Source: Eledone cirrhosa
Taxonomy: Eukaryota
Direction: 5' to 3'
NCBI GenBank assembly: GCA_964016885.1
Contig: OZ024749.1
Location: 45,570,001 to 45,634,000 of the forward strand
Length of the DNA: 64,000 nucleotides
The stretch's first letter is position 1. Each line of letters opens with the position of its first letter. This document shows, in pieces, positions 45,636-60,519 of this stretch. The notes beneath the pieces were generated by a model. The model was not told the DNA's origin and searched no databases. It saw only the letters and a list, made by a program, of their open reading frames with translations. The position numbers and the translations under genes are program-made.

Positions 45636-46020
45636 AGTGTTACTTCACTGCATATAGCTCTCCACCTTTGATCCCCACAAATGGACAGGTTACCCCCAGT
45701 TCTCATGTCATTTCGGCATGTGTTGGAAGAATATTTGGTGCTTGATTGAGAATTCTCCCTTTTCTGAATGTGATGAATCTTATGTTTTCGCAGATTTACA
45801 GAATATAAAAAGTAGACTTACAATTTATATTTGTATGTCTATGTTTTACCTGTTCTTTACATTTCTTTATATTTTCTGACTATTTAATTTTCTACACTTT
45901 AAAGTTTTTGTTTAAAATGCCTGAGACTTTTTCTTCGTCTCATGAGTATATTTCTTTCTCCGGGAATTTCAAGATTTTATGTGCTGGACTTTTTTCATTG
46001 GGTCAGGATTAATTAATAAT

Positions 46021-46079
46021 TGTTTCTACTTTAGGCACAAGGCCAGCAATTACCCAGTGTATTACTGGTACTTTATTTT
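46021..46079 (-). mobile_element. SINE family A 3' fragment
   Basis: TGTTTCTACTTTAGGCACAAGGCCAGCAATTACCCAGTGTATTACTGGTACTTTATTTT; TSD ATTAATAAT (46012-20 / 46080-88). Confidence 0.85.
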
Positions 46080-46515
46080 ATTAATAATGCCTACCTTATT
46101 GTCATAGTGTGTAAAGTCTAGTGGACTAACATGGAAATCGACTGGGTCTCAGTAGGTACTGGACAATTCTAAACGTGATATATTTTTATGGCATTATATA
46201 AATACGAAACTACTTGATATAATAGATACAGCGTCTTCCTCATTTGGTGGCTTCTGCATTCCATGGCTTGTTTGCAAAATCGGGAGGGCAGGCCAGGGGT
46301 TGGTTTAGGAAGTTTTTCTTTTTGTTTACCGGTTCACGAAATCAAATGCCCTAATTAGATACATACATTCATACATGAAATAAATTACACACACATACTT
46401 GCACAAACACACACACGTATACTTGCACAAACACACACGCACACACACACACATGTATATATATATATATATATATACACATGTGTGTGTGTGTACACAC
46501 ATATATATATCATAT

Positions 46516-46555
<40 letters not shown>

Positions 46556-46556
<1 letters not shown>

Positions 46557-46614
46557 ATTGTTTCTTCTTTAGGCACAAGGCTAGCAATTACCCAGTGCAT
46601 TACTCGTACTTTAT
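46556..46614 (-). mobile_element. SINE family A 3' fragment
   Basis: AATTGTTTCTTCTTTAGGCACAAGGCTAGCAATTACCCAGTGCATTACTCGTACTTTAT. Confidence 0.85.
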
Positions 46615-47015
46615 ATATATAATAACATAAACTGAGAAAGCTATTAGCGATACTCCGAGCAATTTCCAATTCATTCAACAAACATTAGGGAATACCGGAG
46701 TATATTTCCAATGAAACGTTTGGAATGCTAACTGTATTGTATTGTGTGGATAATTTGCTGTATTATTTTATATGAGCTATATTAAAGATCTCATTTCCCA
46801 AACGAATCGTTTCATTGGAAGATTTCTTCACGGTGGATGAAATTATACCAAGTTATGTAGAAACTTCCTTAAGATCGATGGATTCTTATGTAAGTGGGCT
46901 CTTACAGATCTTCAGTGGGTGCCCAAGTAATATTAATATTAATAACTAAATCAACATCAATATTTCGCGATCATCACCATCAGTGCTAGAAAGATCTGAA
47001 AAGTCAAGCACACAT

Positions 47016-47047
<32 letters not shown>

Positions 47048-47059
47048 GAATATATATAT

Positions 47060-47135
<76 letters not shown>

Positions 47136-47138
<3 letters not shown>

Positions 47139-47276
47139 AGTCAGGACTACAGAATGTTGGCTTAGTTCGAAACTAGCTGTCCTCACTCTTTTCCAATTAC
47201 CCACTCTACCACCCTAAGTATTGAGTACTCTAGTGCGTAATGGTCCGCCTGGTATCTTACCACACCCTCTTTGTTA
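47136..47276 (+). mobile_element. Family C, diverged subfamily
   Basis: Shares ATTACCCACTCTACCACCCTAAGTATTGAGTAC...TTACCACA...GTTA; the 5' part differs in sequence but keeps the hairpin layout. Confidence 0.8.
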
Positions 47277-47283
47277 TACATAC

Positions 47284-47462
<179 letters not shown>

Positions 47463-48514
47463 AACAGAGCGAGAGAAAGAGGGAGGCAGAGAGAGAGACC
47501 AACAAAGAGAGATAGATAGAGAGTGAGATCTACCTTAATAGGAATGACATGATTTTATTTTTATGATGTCCATTTATTGATATATAATTATATAATTATG
47601 GCTCTAAACATCAATTTATTTCAATTTGATCGGTGATTTACACGAAAAAAGAATTTTTTGATATATTTGTGTGATATTTACTTCCGCTATATCAACAATC
47701 CTCTTTCCTTCAAGTTGATTTTAGTTCGTTTGTATAGTCATTAAAATTGTTCTGTTGAAAATATTTTGCAGAGTAACATATCTGTAACAAGAGTTTCTAT
47801 GTTTTCTGGTCGTTTCTGTTAATTCCAGCGTTAATTCTTATATTTTACCACCTTTCTGTATAAAAATAATTTTCTGATAAATGTTTATTTGCTATTTGCT
47901 AACGAAAACATACTCCATATTAAATCTAGGACTGCAATGCGGAATGTATACTGTTTGTTTGAAAATTATACTACAGTATAATGTGTAATTTGAAGGGACG
48001 TGGCAGTTATTTTTAGCATCCTCTACGACACTTTAATCATGTAATGGCAAATGTCCATCTGTCTGTCTGTATATATGTATTTGTCTATCTATTAATCTAT
48101 TTAACTCTATGTATATGTATGTATATATGTAATCACATCCACTGATGCAAACAATAATAAAACATTTCTGTATTAAATGCTTTGCCGAATGTTAGGCACT
48201 AGTCGTTCGGATCGGCCTATATCTTTACTAGTGTATTATTTTATCTGTTAGTCACTAACACTTAGTGTGATTTTGAGGACACAAAGAGCCAGCACATAGA
48301 TCAGAAAGCACTTTATGTGGTACTTTATTGACCAATGTCAGCAGTAGCAGCAACCACAGCAACATCAAGGACGCGGCCAGATGTTCTCTATTTGGTCTGT
48401 CGTATTTGTAGAAATAACAGCAACATTTCACTATTATCATCATTCAGAAGCATAAAAAGAGGGAGTACACATATTATGTACATTGTAGTTCTATATACCC
48501 ACACCTCCAAAAGT

Positions 48515-48670
48515 TAGAGTTGATTTTCATGGCTGAAATCCTTTTAATTATACGTCTGTGCGATCAAGGCTGACCTGAAATTAAACAACAACAGAAACGA
48601 AAACAACAACGACATTAACAGAAACAACAACAGCAACAACAGCAACAGCAATATAGTTGGACAACAACAA
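48515..48670 (+). mobile_element. Retroposon 3' tail with (AAC)n
   Basis: CATGGCTGAAATCC...CGATCAAGGCTGACCTGAAATTAAACAACAAC followed by decayed (AAC)n; weak relative near 24850-24907. Confidence 0.4.
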
Positions 48671-49095
48671 AATCAACAGCAATAAAAAGCAAATAAGAAT
48701 TTTAAAAAAACCAACAACCAAGCAACATGTGTATTATAGTTATAGTAATAACAGAGGTGAACTGCAAAGTTGGGAGTGGGGAGAGCTTTTAATAAAAGGG
48801 TTAGCTGAGAAAATATACAGCTACACGTAGAGATAGCAAATCATGTGATTCTCTAGTCTGCCCTTTTTCATGTCATATGACCCCCCAACACTCGCTTGTT
48901 TGTGTTTTTTTAATATTTTTTATTTATTGTTATTTTATGATTTTTTTTTGTTTTCTCTGATAAAAATTATTAGTTTTAAGAGAAGCAACTAAATATCGGT
49001 TATACTGTGTATGTTTGTGTATCTATATGTACCTGTCTGTTTGAATGTGTGTGTATGTGTATGTGTATATATATGTGTGTGTGTGTGTCTGTGTA

Positions 49096-49136
<41 letters not shown>

Positions 49137-49193
49137 ATGTGTGTAGCTGTCTGTTTGAATGTGTGTGTATTTGTGATGCTTTTTCATAATAAT

Positions 49194-49386
49194 TATTTCT
49201 ACTTTTGGCACAAGGGCCAGCAATTACCCAGTGTATTACTGGTACTTTATTTTATCCCCCCCCCCCCCGTAAGGATGAAAGGCAAAGTTAACCTCGGTGG
49301 CATTTGAACTCAGATCATAAAGGGACGTAACCCTATGCTTCAAAGCATGGTGTCCGACTCTCTACCGATACTGCCAATCCACCACC
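49194..49386 (-). mobile_element. tRNA-derived SINE family A, full length
   Basis: Full-length reverse copy with an expanded C-run; 12-bp TSD TTTCATAATAAT (49182-93 / 49387-98). Confidence 0.9.
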
Positions 49387-49413
49387 TTTCATAATAATGA
49401 TAATGACGATGGA

Positions 49414-49444
<31 letters not shown>

Positions 49445-50328
49445 CGATGACGATGATCATGGTGATGATGATGGTGGTGGTGATGGGCTAAAGGAGGAGC
49501 AAGATGGCGATAATAATAATAGTAATACTACTGCCAACAATAATACTATCTGTTTTTTCTCGTACTTTTTGGTTTGTCTATGTATTGTTTGACAGAGGGT
49601 TATTGAGGAATGGCATTTTGAGTAATACATGTATAAACATTGACAGATTCCCACAGAGTGACCAGAAAACTACAATTACTACTTCAACTACTAGTAGTAA
49701 TACTGCTGCTGCTGCTACTGCAAATACTACTGCTTCTGCTGACCCATATCATCACAACGAACAATCTTCGGTTGATATTCGTAGCACATTAAGTTAGTCA
49801 TGGCCTGAGTCAATATTGGGCCAAAACCTATCAAAGTTATCAAAGTTATTATGCAATAAATTCCAGAATCTTGGAATTCTGCTGGTTGAATTATTTGCCA
49901 ATATTAATAAACTCTTTTATAGACAGTTTGTATAGCAGAGTTATCACATCATCTATTAGCGACAGGAGATCATTAAACTTCACAGCCTTCCGTCACTAAT
50001 GTTCTTTCTACTAATCCCGAAGAGATTTGATCATATCATGACATATTCTATTTATTTGCGCCCACACTGTTGCACGTTGGTTACCCTCTCTTTTCATATC
50101 ACCTTAACATTGTAAGCTGGACCAATGGTAACTACACCAACCATGCAATATGTCTTTTAGTTATAATTTGTATGATCATGTATATTTTCGTGAATATTTG
50201 AGGGATTTAATCCGATGTTTTTCTGAAGATATCTGTTTTCTTTCGAAACCCATTTCATTCTTAATATATACACTCTGCCAATAACATTGAGTGCTGGTTT
50301 TCGTATATATATATATATATATTCTACA

Positions 50329-50586
50329 GTCTGTCTTAAGCTAGAAGGCTTATTTGGCCGGTGTTTATCCCGGTTTCATGGCGTGAAGCGACTGGGAGTA
50401 CAAGACTCCCGCCTGGAGAGGACACCAGTCCATCGCAGGGTTAAACCCCAGCTATTGCTGGTACTCATTATCAGCTGAGTATACTGGAGCAACGTGAAAG
50501 TGATTTGAGAACAACAAACAACCCAGGAATCGAACCCACGACATTATGATCGTAAGTCTAACACCTTACCACTAGGCCACGTGCCT

Positions 50587-50588
<2 letters not shown>
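50329..50588 (-). mobile_element. tRNA-derived SINE family B (CORE-like central domain)
   Basis: Minus strand GGAGGCACGTGGCCTAGTGG (A-box) ... GGGTTCGATTCC (B-box), TTCACGTTGCTCCAGTATACTCAGCTG central block, tail AACCCTGCGATGGACTGGTGTCC...AAGACAGAC. Confidence 0.85.
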
Positions 50589-50637
<49 letters not shown>

Positions 50638-50696
50638 GAGAGAGAGAGTAAGAGAGAAGGAGGGAGAGAGAGAGAGAGAGAGAGGGGACATTCCTG

Positions 50697-50875
<179 letters not shown>

Positions 50876-51689
50876 TGATCAATCTGTATATTTGTGGTTT
50901 GAACTTGTGTATACTTGTGTGTTTCTTTGTAGGAGTGTGTGAATACAGTTGGCTTTAAGTGTGTGTATTCAAAACTAAATGAAACATTTGTCACAAGAGC
51001 CAAAAATTTGCATACGTACATTCAGGTATTAATTATGTCTTCATTCCCATAATTATTGCATTCCTATAGTAATTAGGTGACAGAAATTATTACATTTGGT
51101 TAAATCAACACATGTCTGTAAATGAATGTGTGAAATTGCCAGTCTTTTAATTGCAAATTATTTGTTTTAGCCCTTTCTGTATCATAGGATATACACTCGC
51201 TATGTTAAAAAAAAAAGTCTCATGCATTTGCATTAAATACAATTAACTTTTAAATTTTAATCTGGTTTCGGTACTTAACTTAACAAGGATCAGTAGATGA
51301 AATATAGATTGAATGTTTCTTTAGATTAATACAAACAATTTTAAAGTATGCATTTCTTAAATTCCAGCTGGTTTGGTAACAAAGATTTTAAGCAATGTAT
51401 ATGAACAAATGTAGGGTATTTTTTTTATATATTCAAAAAATTGATTCTCTTGGATGTCATATATTTGATAACTAAATTTAAATGAATACTAGATACTTTA
51501 GGGTATATATGTTGTCGATGTACATGAGATCAATGCAAATAATAATTTAAACTTATTTTACGATCGCTACCCAGTAAAAGAGTATAACAAAATTCATGCT
51601 CGAGTGGTCGGTGATTAAATCGGCTCCTCCACTAGATACTAGTATGATGAACAGTGTAAGTGTAACCTTAGTACTACAAAAACAGGAGC

Positions 51690-51895
51690 TGTAAAAAAAG
51701 GCAGAAGAACTCCTCAGATTCAACGGATATTCCACTCCAGGTATGTGTTAAATACGCTACCAACCCGCAATTGTCAAGCGTGGTGAGTAAGGATTTATCC
51801 CTGATACGGCCTCAACCAAATAGAAAGCGGTGGAGGTTGGCCACGGAGGGGTTCCTCCAATAAGAGTGAGAAGACCCTGGATTGCAGTAGACATT
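51690..51895 (+). mobile_element. Dispersed repeat remnant (LINE 5'-region-like); relative at 31726-31901
   Basis: Both loci share GAACTC..AGAkTCAACGG and GGTTCCTCCAA blocks in the same order. Confidence 0.4.
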
Positions 51896-52626
51896 TCTAA
51901 GTGAAAGATAGTTTGGGTTTTAATCAAATATAATCAAATACCTGAGCGTATACAAGTATCGCATGGAATTCTAGAACTTCTCTCTCGCAATAGAAATATC
52001 GCCACCTGATTTAGACACGTTTGAGCAACGTCATAACAAATATCAGCTGGATTTGATAGCAGGACTTAAGGGTAGATAACTAAATACTAGAATATATATG
52101 TTCATGAGGTCTGCTAATACCACCAACCACAGTGTGTTTAATGCTAACAACGTCAAAATGCGACTCAGCTGTCACGTTTTCAGAGAAATACAATTATTTT
52201 AGCATTGATAATTATAAGGCAACACCAATTCCCGTCAAGCAGAATAACAAATTAACGTGACTGTTATATCTCATCGTTACTATTTTACGAAAAGCAATTT
52301 TTCTGATACATATAAGTTAACTATATCGAAAAGTAAAATGTACCTAATTTATTCTCCAAATTACTATTCGAAATATGCAAACGCTATACTCAGATATAAA
52401 ACACAATTATCTGAAGAAATTGTGATTTGTATCTTGTTACGTTTATTAAATCAATCCATATGTTAGTTATATTCTTGTCATAATAAAGACCACGTGCAAC
52501 AATTTGTCAATATATTCTTATTCTTGTTCTTGTTCAGCCACACATCAATTCATACCTAGCACCTCTCATTTAGCTGATAATTTTAGATTGGCCTATCAAG
52601 TACACGTATCCCCAAACGCACACACA

Positions 52627-52855
<229 letters not shown>

Positions 52856-52933
52856 ATTGCTTTCACTTCAATAAATTATAATAAATTTATACCAGATGAT
52901 ATACATTTATAACCAGATGATTGTTTATATATT

Positions 52934-52976
52934 GTCAAAGTTCTTTCGTCACACATTATGTGACCTCTTCGGTGAC
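52934..52976 (-). ncRNA. Minimal hammerhead ribozyme-like motif (U4C core)
   Basis: Minus strand: GTCA-CCGAAGA-g-GTCACAT aat GTGTGAC-GAA-AGAACT-T-TGAC; 4-bp stem I, 7-bp stem II, near-palindromic stem III. Confidence 0.55.
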
Positions 52977-53302
52977 TGGGGATTATTTTCTTTGTTTTTG
53001 TGCCTTTCCTTTGTTCTGTCCTACGCCATCTTGTTTGTGTGTGTGTGTTGTGTGCTTAGTTTGCGCATGTGTTACATCCGGGTGTCTGTGTCTGTTTATA
53101 TTTGTTTATTTATTTGTTTATTTACATGTTACTGGCTGGTTGTTTGTTCTACGTGCGTGTGCGTTTTCATTTTGTCCTTAATTGTAAGTTGTGATGTTGC
53201 TGTTCCATTCATGAATGGAACAGGAACATCACAACATCACAGTGCAACGTGATTTAACATAGAAATTGCCATTATATTTCCTTCCTCTAAACAAAAACAG
53301 AG

Positions 53303-53373
<71 letters not shown>

Positions 53374-53669
53374 CGTAAAACGGATATCGATCAAGGACAC
53401 TGTATCTCTTTAGAGCAGTTTATATATTTATGGGATTCTGTAAAATGGAGAATTTCATTTCAAAATATAAATAAACTCTATTATTTGTATTTAATTTTTT
53501 CATATATAAATCTGAATCTATTGTCCAAATTTAAACTTATAATTTGATTATACGTTTAGGCGTAAGTTCATTGTCAAACATTAAAACCAATTTTCTATTT
53601 AGTGTGAAATGAAAAGAGAGAGATTGAACATAAGGAGGATTATTGATAGAACGTACAATAATGTTAAAT

Positions 53670-53840
53670 TAGCAACAACTACAACAGCAACAATAACAAC
53701 AACATTATCTATATCAACAGCAGAAACACGAACAACAACATCAGCAACAATAATAACAATTTTCACAACACCAACAACAACACCAACAACAAGAACAACA
53801 ACAACAACAACAACAACAACAATAACAACACCAATAACAA

Positions 53841-53873
<33 letters not shown>

Positions 53874-54102
53874 CAATAACAACACCAATAACAGTAACAG
53901 CAACAGAAACAACACCAAGAGCAGCAACGATAACAAGAAAATACTAGCAACAACATCAACAGCGTCAGTAGCATGAGCAACAACACAATAGCAACATTAA
54001 CTACAACACAGCAGCAACAACAGAAACAACAACAACACCAGCAACAACAACAACAACTCCAAGAACAGGAGCAACAACAACTATAACAGCAGCAACAACA
54101 AC
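53670..54102. repeat. Degenerate (ACA/GCA)n trinucleotide tract
   Basis: ~430 bp of imperfect AAC/AGC repeats that produce the poly-Thr, poly-Gln and poly-Cys pseudo-ORFs. Confidence 0.95.
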
Positions 54103-54454
54103 ATATCATTAATTCTATAACTCGTGAACATATATATATATAAATATAGCTATATAAAGTAGATTCAATAATATATATAATTCGAACGACAGCTGGTATC
54201 AATGTAGCATATTATATTTGAATTTAGAAGCAAATTACATTCACGTTGTGTTTTTTCAATTATTGTTAATTTCTAAATTAGAATCTAAATACAAGCTGTT
54301 GTATCATTTTAGTCTCTTCATGCACACAAGCACACACAGGCACACGATCGCGCACACAAATACACACGCACACACACACACACACGCACGTGCGCACACA
54401 CACATATATATATATATATACATATATACATATATATACATATATATATATATG

Positions 54455-54519
<65 letters not shown>

Positions 54520-54636
54520 GTATATATATACATATATATATATATATATAGATATACTTATATACATATGTATACACACACATATATATATATATGTATA
54601 TATATATATGTATATGTATATATATATATGTATATA

Positions 54637-54732
<96 letters not shown>

Positions 54733-54801
54733 TACATGTATATATATATTCATTTATTTATTTATTTAATTACTATATATGGATATATATAAATATTTAT
54801 A

Positions 54802-54848
<47 letters not shown>

Positions 54849-55889
54849 TATACATTATGGCACCACTCAAATTCAGGGATATATGAGTGTATATGCATGT
54901 ATATGTATGTATTCGCATGTATCTGTGTGTTTCTTTTTATTATATATATATGTATGTATTTATTAATATATCATGAGTGAGATTATATGTAATTGTGGAT
55001 GGCTCTACGTATATTTGTTTGTTTAGATCTAAGCAGAACTATATATATGTTAGTGTGTGCAGCGAGTATGTTTCACATGTTTATTAGAAAACTACCTTTC
55101 AATTAATGTATACCAATTATAGAAATATGAACATTTATTACAATGGGCTAACGCATATTTAGAAATATACACATACTTATGCACAGGTACACATGCATAT
55201 CTTCATAAATGCAAATAAACATTCACTCCTGCATACGTACTTACATAGATGCATTCATACTGAAATACATGTATATATGTATAAAGAAATATATACATAT
55301 CTATTTATAATCTATTTATAATAGTTACATACATATAAGGATACATGAATACATACATAGCTATATATATATATACATACTTACTTACATATATATATGC
55401 ATACATCTATATTCTTACATACTTTCTCAACATGTCGACAAAGTTATTCACATCAGTATAACTTCAAATTGATCCTTTTCAGTAATGAATCCTAACCACT
55501 ATAATTCTGCCATTAATATTAACCTAGTAAAACAAAATGGCTAACGTATGTGGACGAATTACGTAAGAGATGTATAATATTTCATGATATGCTGATAGCC
55601 AAATGAGCTGGACATATCGGTGACCACCAAACATAACCATCTCCCTGACAATTGTGTCCGAACACGGACGAGCCGAACTCCCACTGTCATCGCCTCTATC
55701 TTTCTCGCCCTCCTCATGTCTCTGTATTATGAGCAAATGGGGTCCAGATAAAACCATATGAACGAGGTAAATCCAAAATACAAGGGGATTAGGATTAAAT
55801 ATGGTACCATTATCCCCGAATTGTGGGGCAACAATTGCCAGCATTTTCGGTCACTATGTCAGAGATAGTGCTAGTGATTGCTGTAGAGA

Positions 55890-56090
55890 TTCAACTCGAA
55901 TCAATATCTATGTCAAATCTACAACATATTTGGTTATACTCCTAGATCGGGTGCATAAAATGGTTAACATTCATACGATACGTGAAATATTCCAAATAGT
56001 TGTTTTTAGTGCAAGAAGCTTACCTCGTCACTCCTAAAGTGAGATTTAAGTGGGTTCCTGTTCACGATGGGCTGTATGATATCAAATGTC
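55890..56090 (+). pseudogene. Decayed RNase H domain of a retrotransposon
   Basis: Peptides RINIYVKSTTYL...IREIFQ then, after a frameshift, PKVRFKWVPVHDG, resembling RNase H 'I-Y-x-D-S' and 'W-V-P-x-H-x-G' motifs; catalytic residues lost. Confidence 0.4.
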
Positions 56091-56672
56091 CAGCTTTCAT
56101 GATATCAGAAAGTCCAGACCATTTATTCACACTAAATATTCTCATTTGTATTTATTATAACAGTCATGTTTTAACAATATATATCCATAAAGGCGAAAAA
56201 AATTGGCGTGTGCATGAATAAACAGTAAAGCCAGTCCCTACTGCTCATCACCAAATGAATTCATAACGTAAGATTTGCAAAACATTCTACTGATTTTTAA
56301 ATTGCCTTCATGACAATTAATACTAATATCACCACACCATTGTATTGAAATGATATTAACTATAACAAACAATCATAATACAAATAATGATTTATGTCGT
56401 AGCAATCATTATGACAACAATTAGCACTATAAAACCTATTATAATTGCGTACATAAAAAATATCACATAAATGTAAAAAAAAAACATCTGATTGTGAAAA
56501 GTTTGTTTGGCTGACGATTGCTTCACACTTTCAAAAAACTTAAGAAATAGCAGCCCAATTATTAAATACTAATAAATACCTGATGCGATACCACGTTATC
56601 TTTCTTTCATATACAGGTAATGATTGGTGTGTTTAGTTATGCATACACACACACACACACACATATGCACGC

Positions 56673-56708
<36 letters not shown>

Positions 56709-56715
56709 GCGCACA

Positions 56716-56777
<62 letters not shown>

Positions 56778-56781
56778 CATA

Positions 56782-56919
56782 TAACGAAGGAAATGTGGTA
56801 AGGAACCAGGTGGACCATAACGCACCAAAGTACTCAATACTTAGGGTAGTAGAGTGGGTAATAGGAACCAGTAAGACCCCGATGGCTGAGCTCAAGCCGT
56901 TTCGACGGTTAATTCTGGA

Positions 56920-56954
<35 letters not shown>

Positions 56955-56999
56955 AGCCGTCGAAACGTCTTGAGCTCAGCCGTCGGGGTCTTACTGGTT

Positions 57000-57003
<4 letters not shown>
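56782..57003 (-). mobile_element. Family C with A31 tract and 53-bp inverted duplication
   Basis: Reverse copy 56782-56921, A31 at 56922-56952, inverted arm 56951-57003 matching 56862-56914. Confidence 0.9.
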
Positions 57004-57086
<83 letters not shown>

Positions 57087-57506
57087 TTTGTTCTGTTTAC
57101 ATGTCATTCTACTGACATGGCTTAAAAAGGGGATATTTGCGTAATTGCAAACGACTCGAATATTATTATCAATATTCGAAAAACTCTACATTTATATATA
57201 TAAAATCCGGTGTAGAAAAAGTAGTATTCCATATCTATGACTTTCATCTTTTTCACTTAAAAGTTGGCAACACTGCACTCTCTATATATTTTATGGAATG
57301 ATTCAGGATGACAGCATTTTGTGAATTTCCGACTGCCAATGCAACCGTTGCACATTGTTCGCATTGACATGTTTATCTTACTTATTCTATTTTACATAAT
57401 TCTTTTTTTCTATTTTAATTCAAGAAAAAAAAAAAAACTTTTCATTTTTCAGTTCCAGTCATTTAATATAATCAAAGGCCACCCACATGCAATACACTTG
57501 TAAAAA

Positions 57507-57683
<177 letters not shown>

Positions 57684-57708
57684 ATAAGTATATATATATA
57701 TATGTATA

Positions 57709-57759
<51 letters not shown>

Positions 57760-58145
57760 GTATATATATATGTATATATGTATATATGTGTATATATATA
57801 TGTATATATGTATATATGTATATAAGTATATATATATATATATATTTGATTATGTGTCTGTTTTCTGGCAAATATTTAAATAACACATTCATACAGATTG
57901 TCGCTGACTCAGTCAAGGAGATGTATGAATGTATGAATATGTGTATGTGTGAATGCACTTTACGAAAAAGGAAATGACACGTGCATCTATCATATCATGT
58001 TAGTATTGATTGACATTGTTCTCTTCCGAATGTCTGTGAACTACTATTTGTGTGTGCATTATGATTGTTTGCTGCAAAAATTAAGTTGATAATACCTGAA
58101 TAGTGTCTGCGCACGTCGTCATTGCAAATATATATGTATATATTT

Positions 58146-58181
<36 letters not shown>

Positions 58182-58195
58182 GTACACTCACACAT

Positions 58196-58311
<116 letters not shown>

Positions 58312-59089
58312 GTGTGTGTGTCTCTGTGTGTGTCTGTGGGCTTTGTCACTTTTTGAATCATAATTTCCACATTGACCTATAGAAGAAATATTTAAGGTAC
58401 CCTGTAATCGGAGTACCTATATTGGATAGGTAGTGATCAACTTACCCTCCAGAGTTTATATTCATTTTCTCACCCTAAATTGCTCTATTTATATAAGAAC
58501 CTGACACTAATAGTATAATTATTATTACATTCTCGAATAATTATACATAGATGGTATCGTGCTGATTTTAACTCCACTGAGAAGATTAAATAATTTGAAT
58601 GAACTAAATATTTTGCAAATTAAATCCTGGTTTGATAGAATCATAATGAAATATCATACACAGTGCATATGTGGTCAGACGAATTGATTATATATTTGCG
58701 TTGTGGTTATTTTTTATCAAAGTCAATTACCCGTTGTTTGATACATAACAAGAAACGTGGATTCCTAATGAACTAATAACAGAAGAAACACTGAAGTGAT
58801 ATACTTGTATAAAACGATTTCAGGTAACCAAATGAAGGGCAAATGAATTAGGAAAGAGCAATTGTCATAATTTCGTCTATCAATATATAGTAGCCCTTAT
58901 AATTTCTCAATATATTAATTGCATTCAGTTTCTGGTTATCGATAAACCCAGTGACTAAATTAGTTACAAATAACCAATTATGGCCTCTTTGTGCTTAGAG
59001 ACTTACACAGCTGTGTCATGTTGTTCCACTTATAAAATACGAGAGCAATGTATATATGTATATATATATATATATATAAATATATATAA

Positions 59090-59140
<51 letters not shown>

Positions 59141-59314
59141 CTAATAAAAAGTAACGAAGAGGTGTCAAATTGTCATTAAGTTTATTCAGGTGTGATGCGT
59201 GTTTCACGATTAATCTGCTGCTGGATCGATATCTATCGAACGGTGCCGAGTCTGTATTCAAATGTTCATCAGACTTTTTTTTTGCTCCATCTCGCTCTCT
59301 CTTTCTGCATGTCT

Positions 59315-59358
<44 letters not shown>

Positions 59359-59879
59359 TCTCTCTCCATCTATCTCTCTCCCTCTCTTGTCTCACCCTCT
59401 CTCCTTCTCTCTCCCCTTACACACACACACATATATATATATTTATATATATAATTATAACCATAGATTAAACAAAATATATCTCAATCATATTATACCA
59501 TAAATAAGCTTTATAAAGTCTAAAATCTGTATTATTTATTCAAATTTATGTTTCGATACAATAATACAGCATTGAGAACTTACTGAGCAAAATTATCTTT
59601 CAGAGAAAAACTCTACAATGTTCACTTATACTTTGATTCAGGGGGTCTGGTTTATAAGCTGTAGCTCAAATAACAACAGGTACGAAGCTGAACAATTATC
59701 ATGGGCTTTGGAGCTGCAAAATCTTCATCAATAGTCAGCAGATATATTCCTTCTATTACAGAATTCGTGTCATATTGAAATAAAGTGGGAGGCTCACTCC
59801 TTCATTATAGCATGTTTTTAATCTGGGGCCCAAAACAGCAATATCAACCCGGCTACATTATGGGTGGTGTATATATACA

Positions 59880-60215
<336 letters not shown>

Positions 60216-60519
60216 GTTCAAGGCATCTTCATGTCTGCCACAAGATGAGTCACATATTTAATCCCCCATTATGTTTGCAGTTATGAAAGAAATAGTTGTA
60301 ATTAACATTAATATAAGAGATAGGGCACACACATACGCACAAACCGAAACACACACATACACGCGAAGAAAGACATACATACATACACATATAAGTGTGT
60401 GCGCATGTGTCATGTCTATTATTTTACAGTTAATTACAAAGATTTCTCTCATAATTGCAAAAATAATGGAGAATTAAGTGTGAGACTCATCTTGTGACTG
60501 ATATGAAGGTGCATTGAGC
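60216..60519. mobile_element. MITE-like foldback element
   Basis: Imperfect ~110-bp arms (GTTCAAGGCATCTTCAT..CACAAGATGAGTC..TTGTAATTAAC vs GTTAATTACAA..GACTCATCTTGTG..ATGAAGGTGCATTGAGC), flanked by TA-rich sequence. Confidence 0.7.

Noticed and set aside
48255-48443. Small hydrophobic/secreted peptide ORF
   Set aside because: The Leu run comes from a CAG/CAA-like repeat; no recognisable family or splice support.
50520-50588. tRNA gene
   Set aside because: A/B boxes are present, but the sequence continues into a SINE body shared with 38611 and 63679; no acceptor stem.
53609-54202. Mucin-like poly-Thr ORF (+) and Cys-rich keratin-associated/metallothionein-like ORF (-)
   Set aside because: Both read a degenerate (ACA)n tract, with no non-repetitive coding context.
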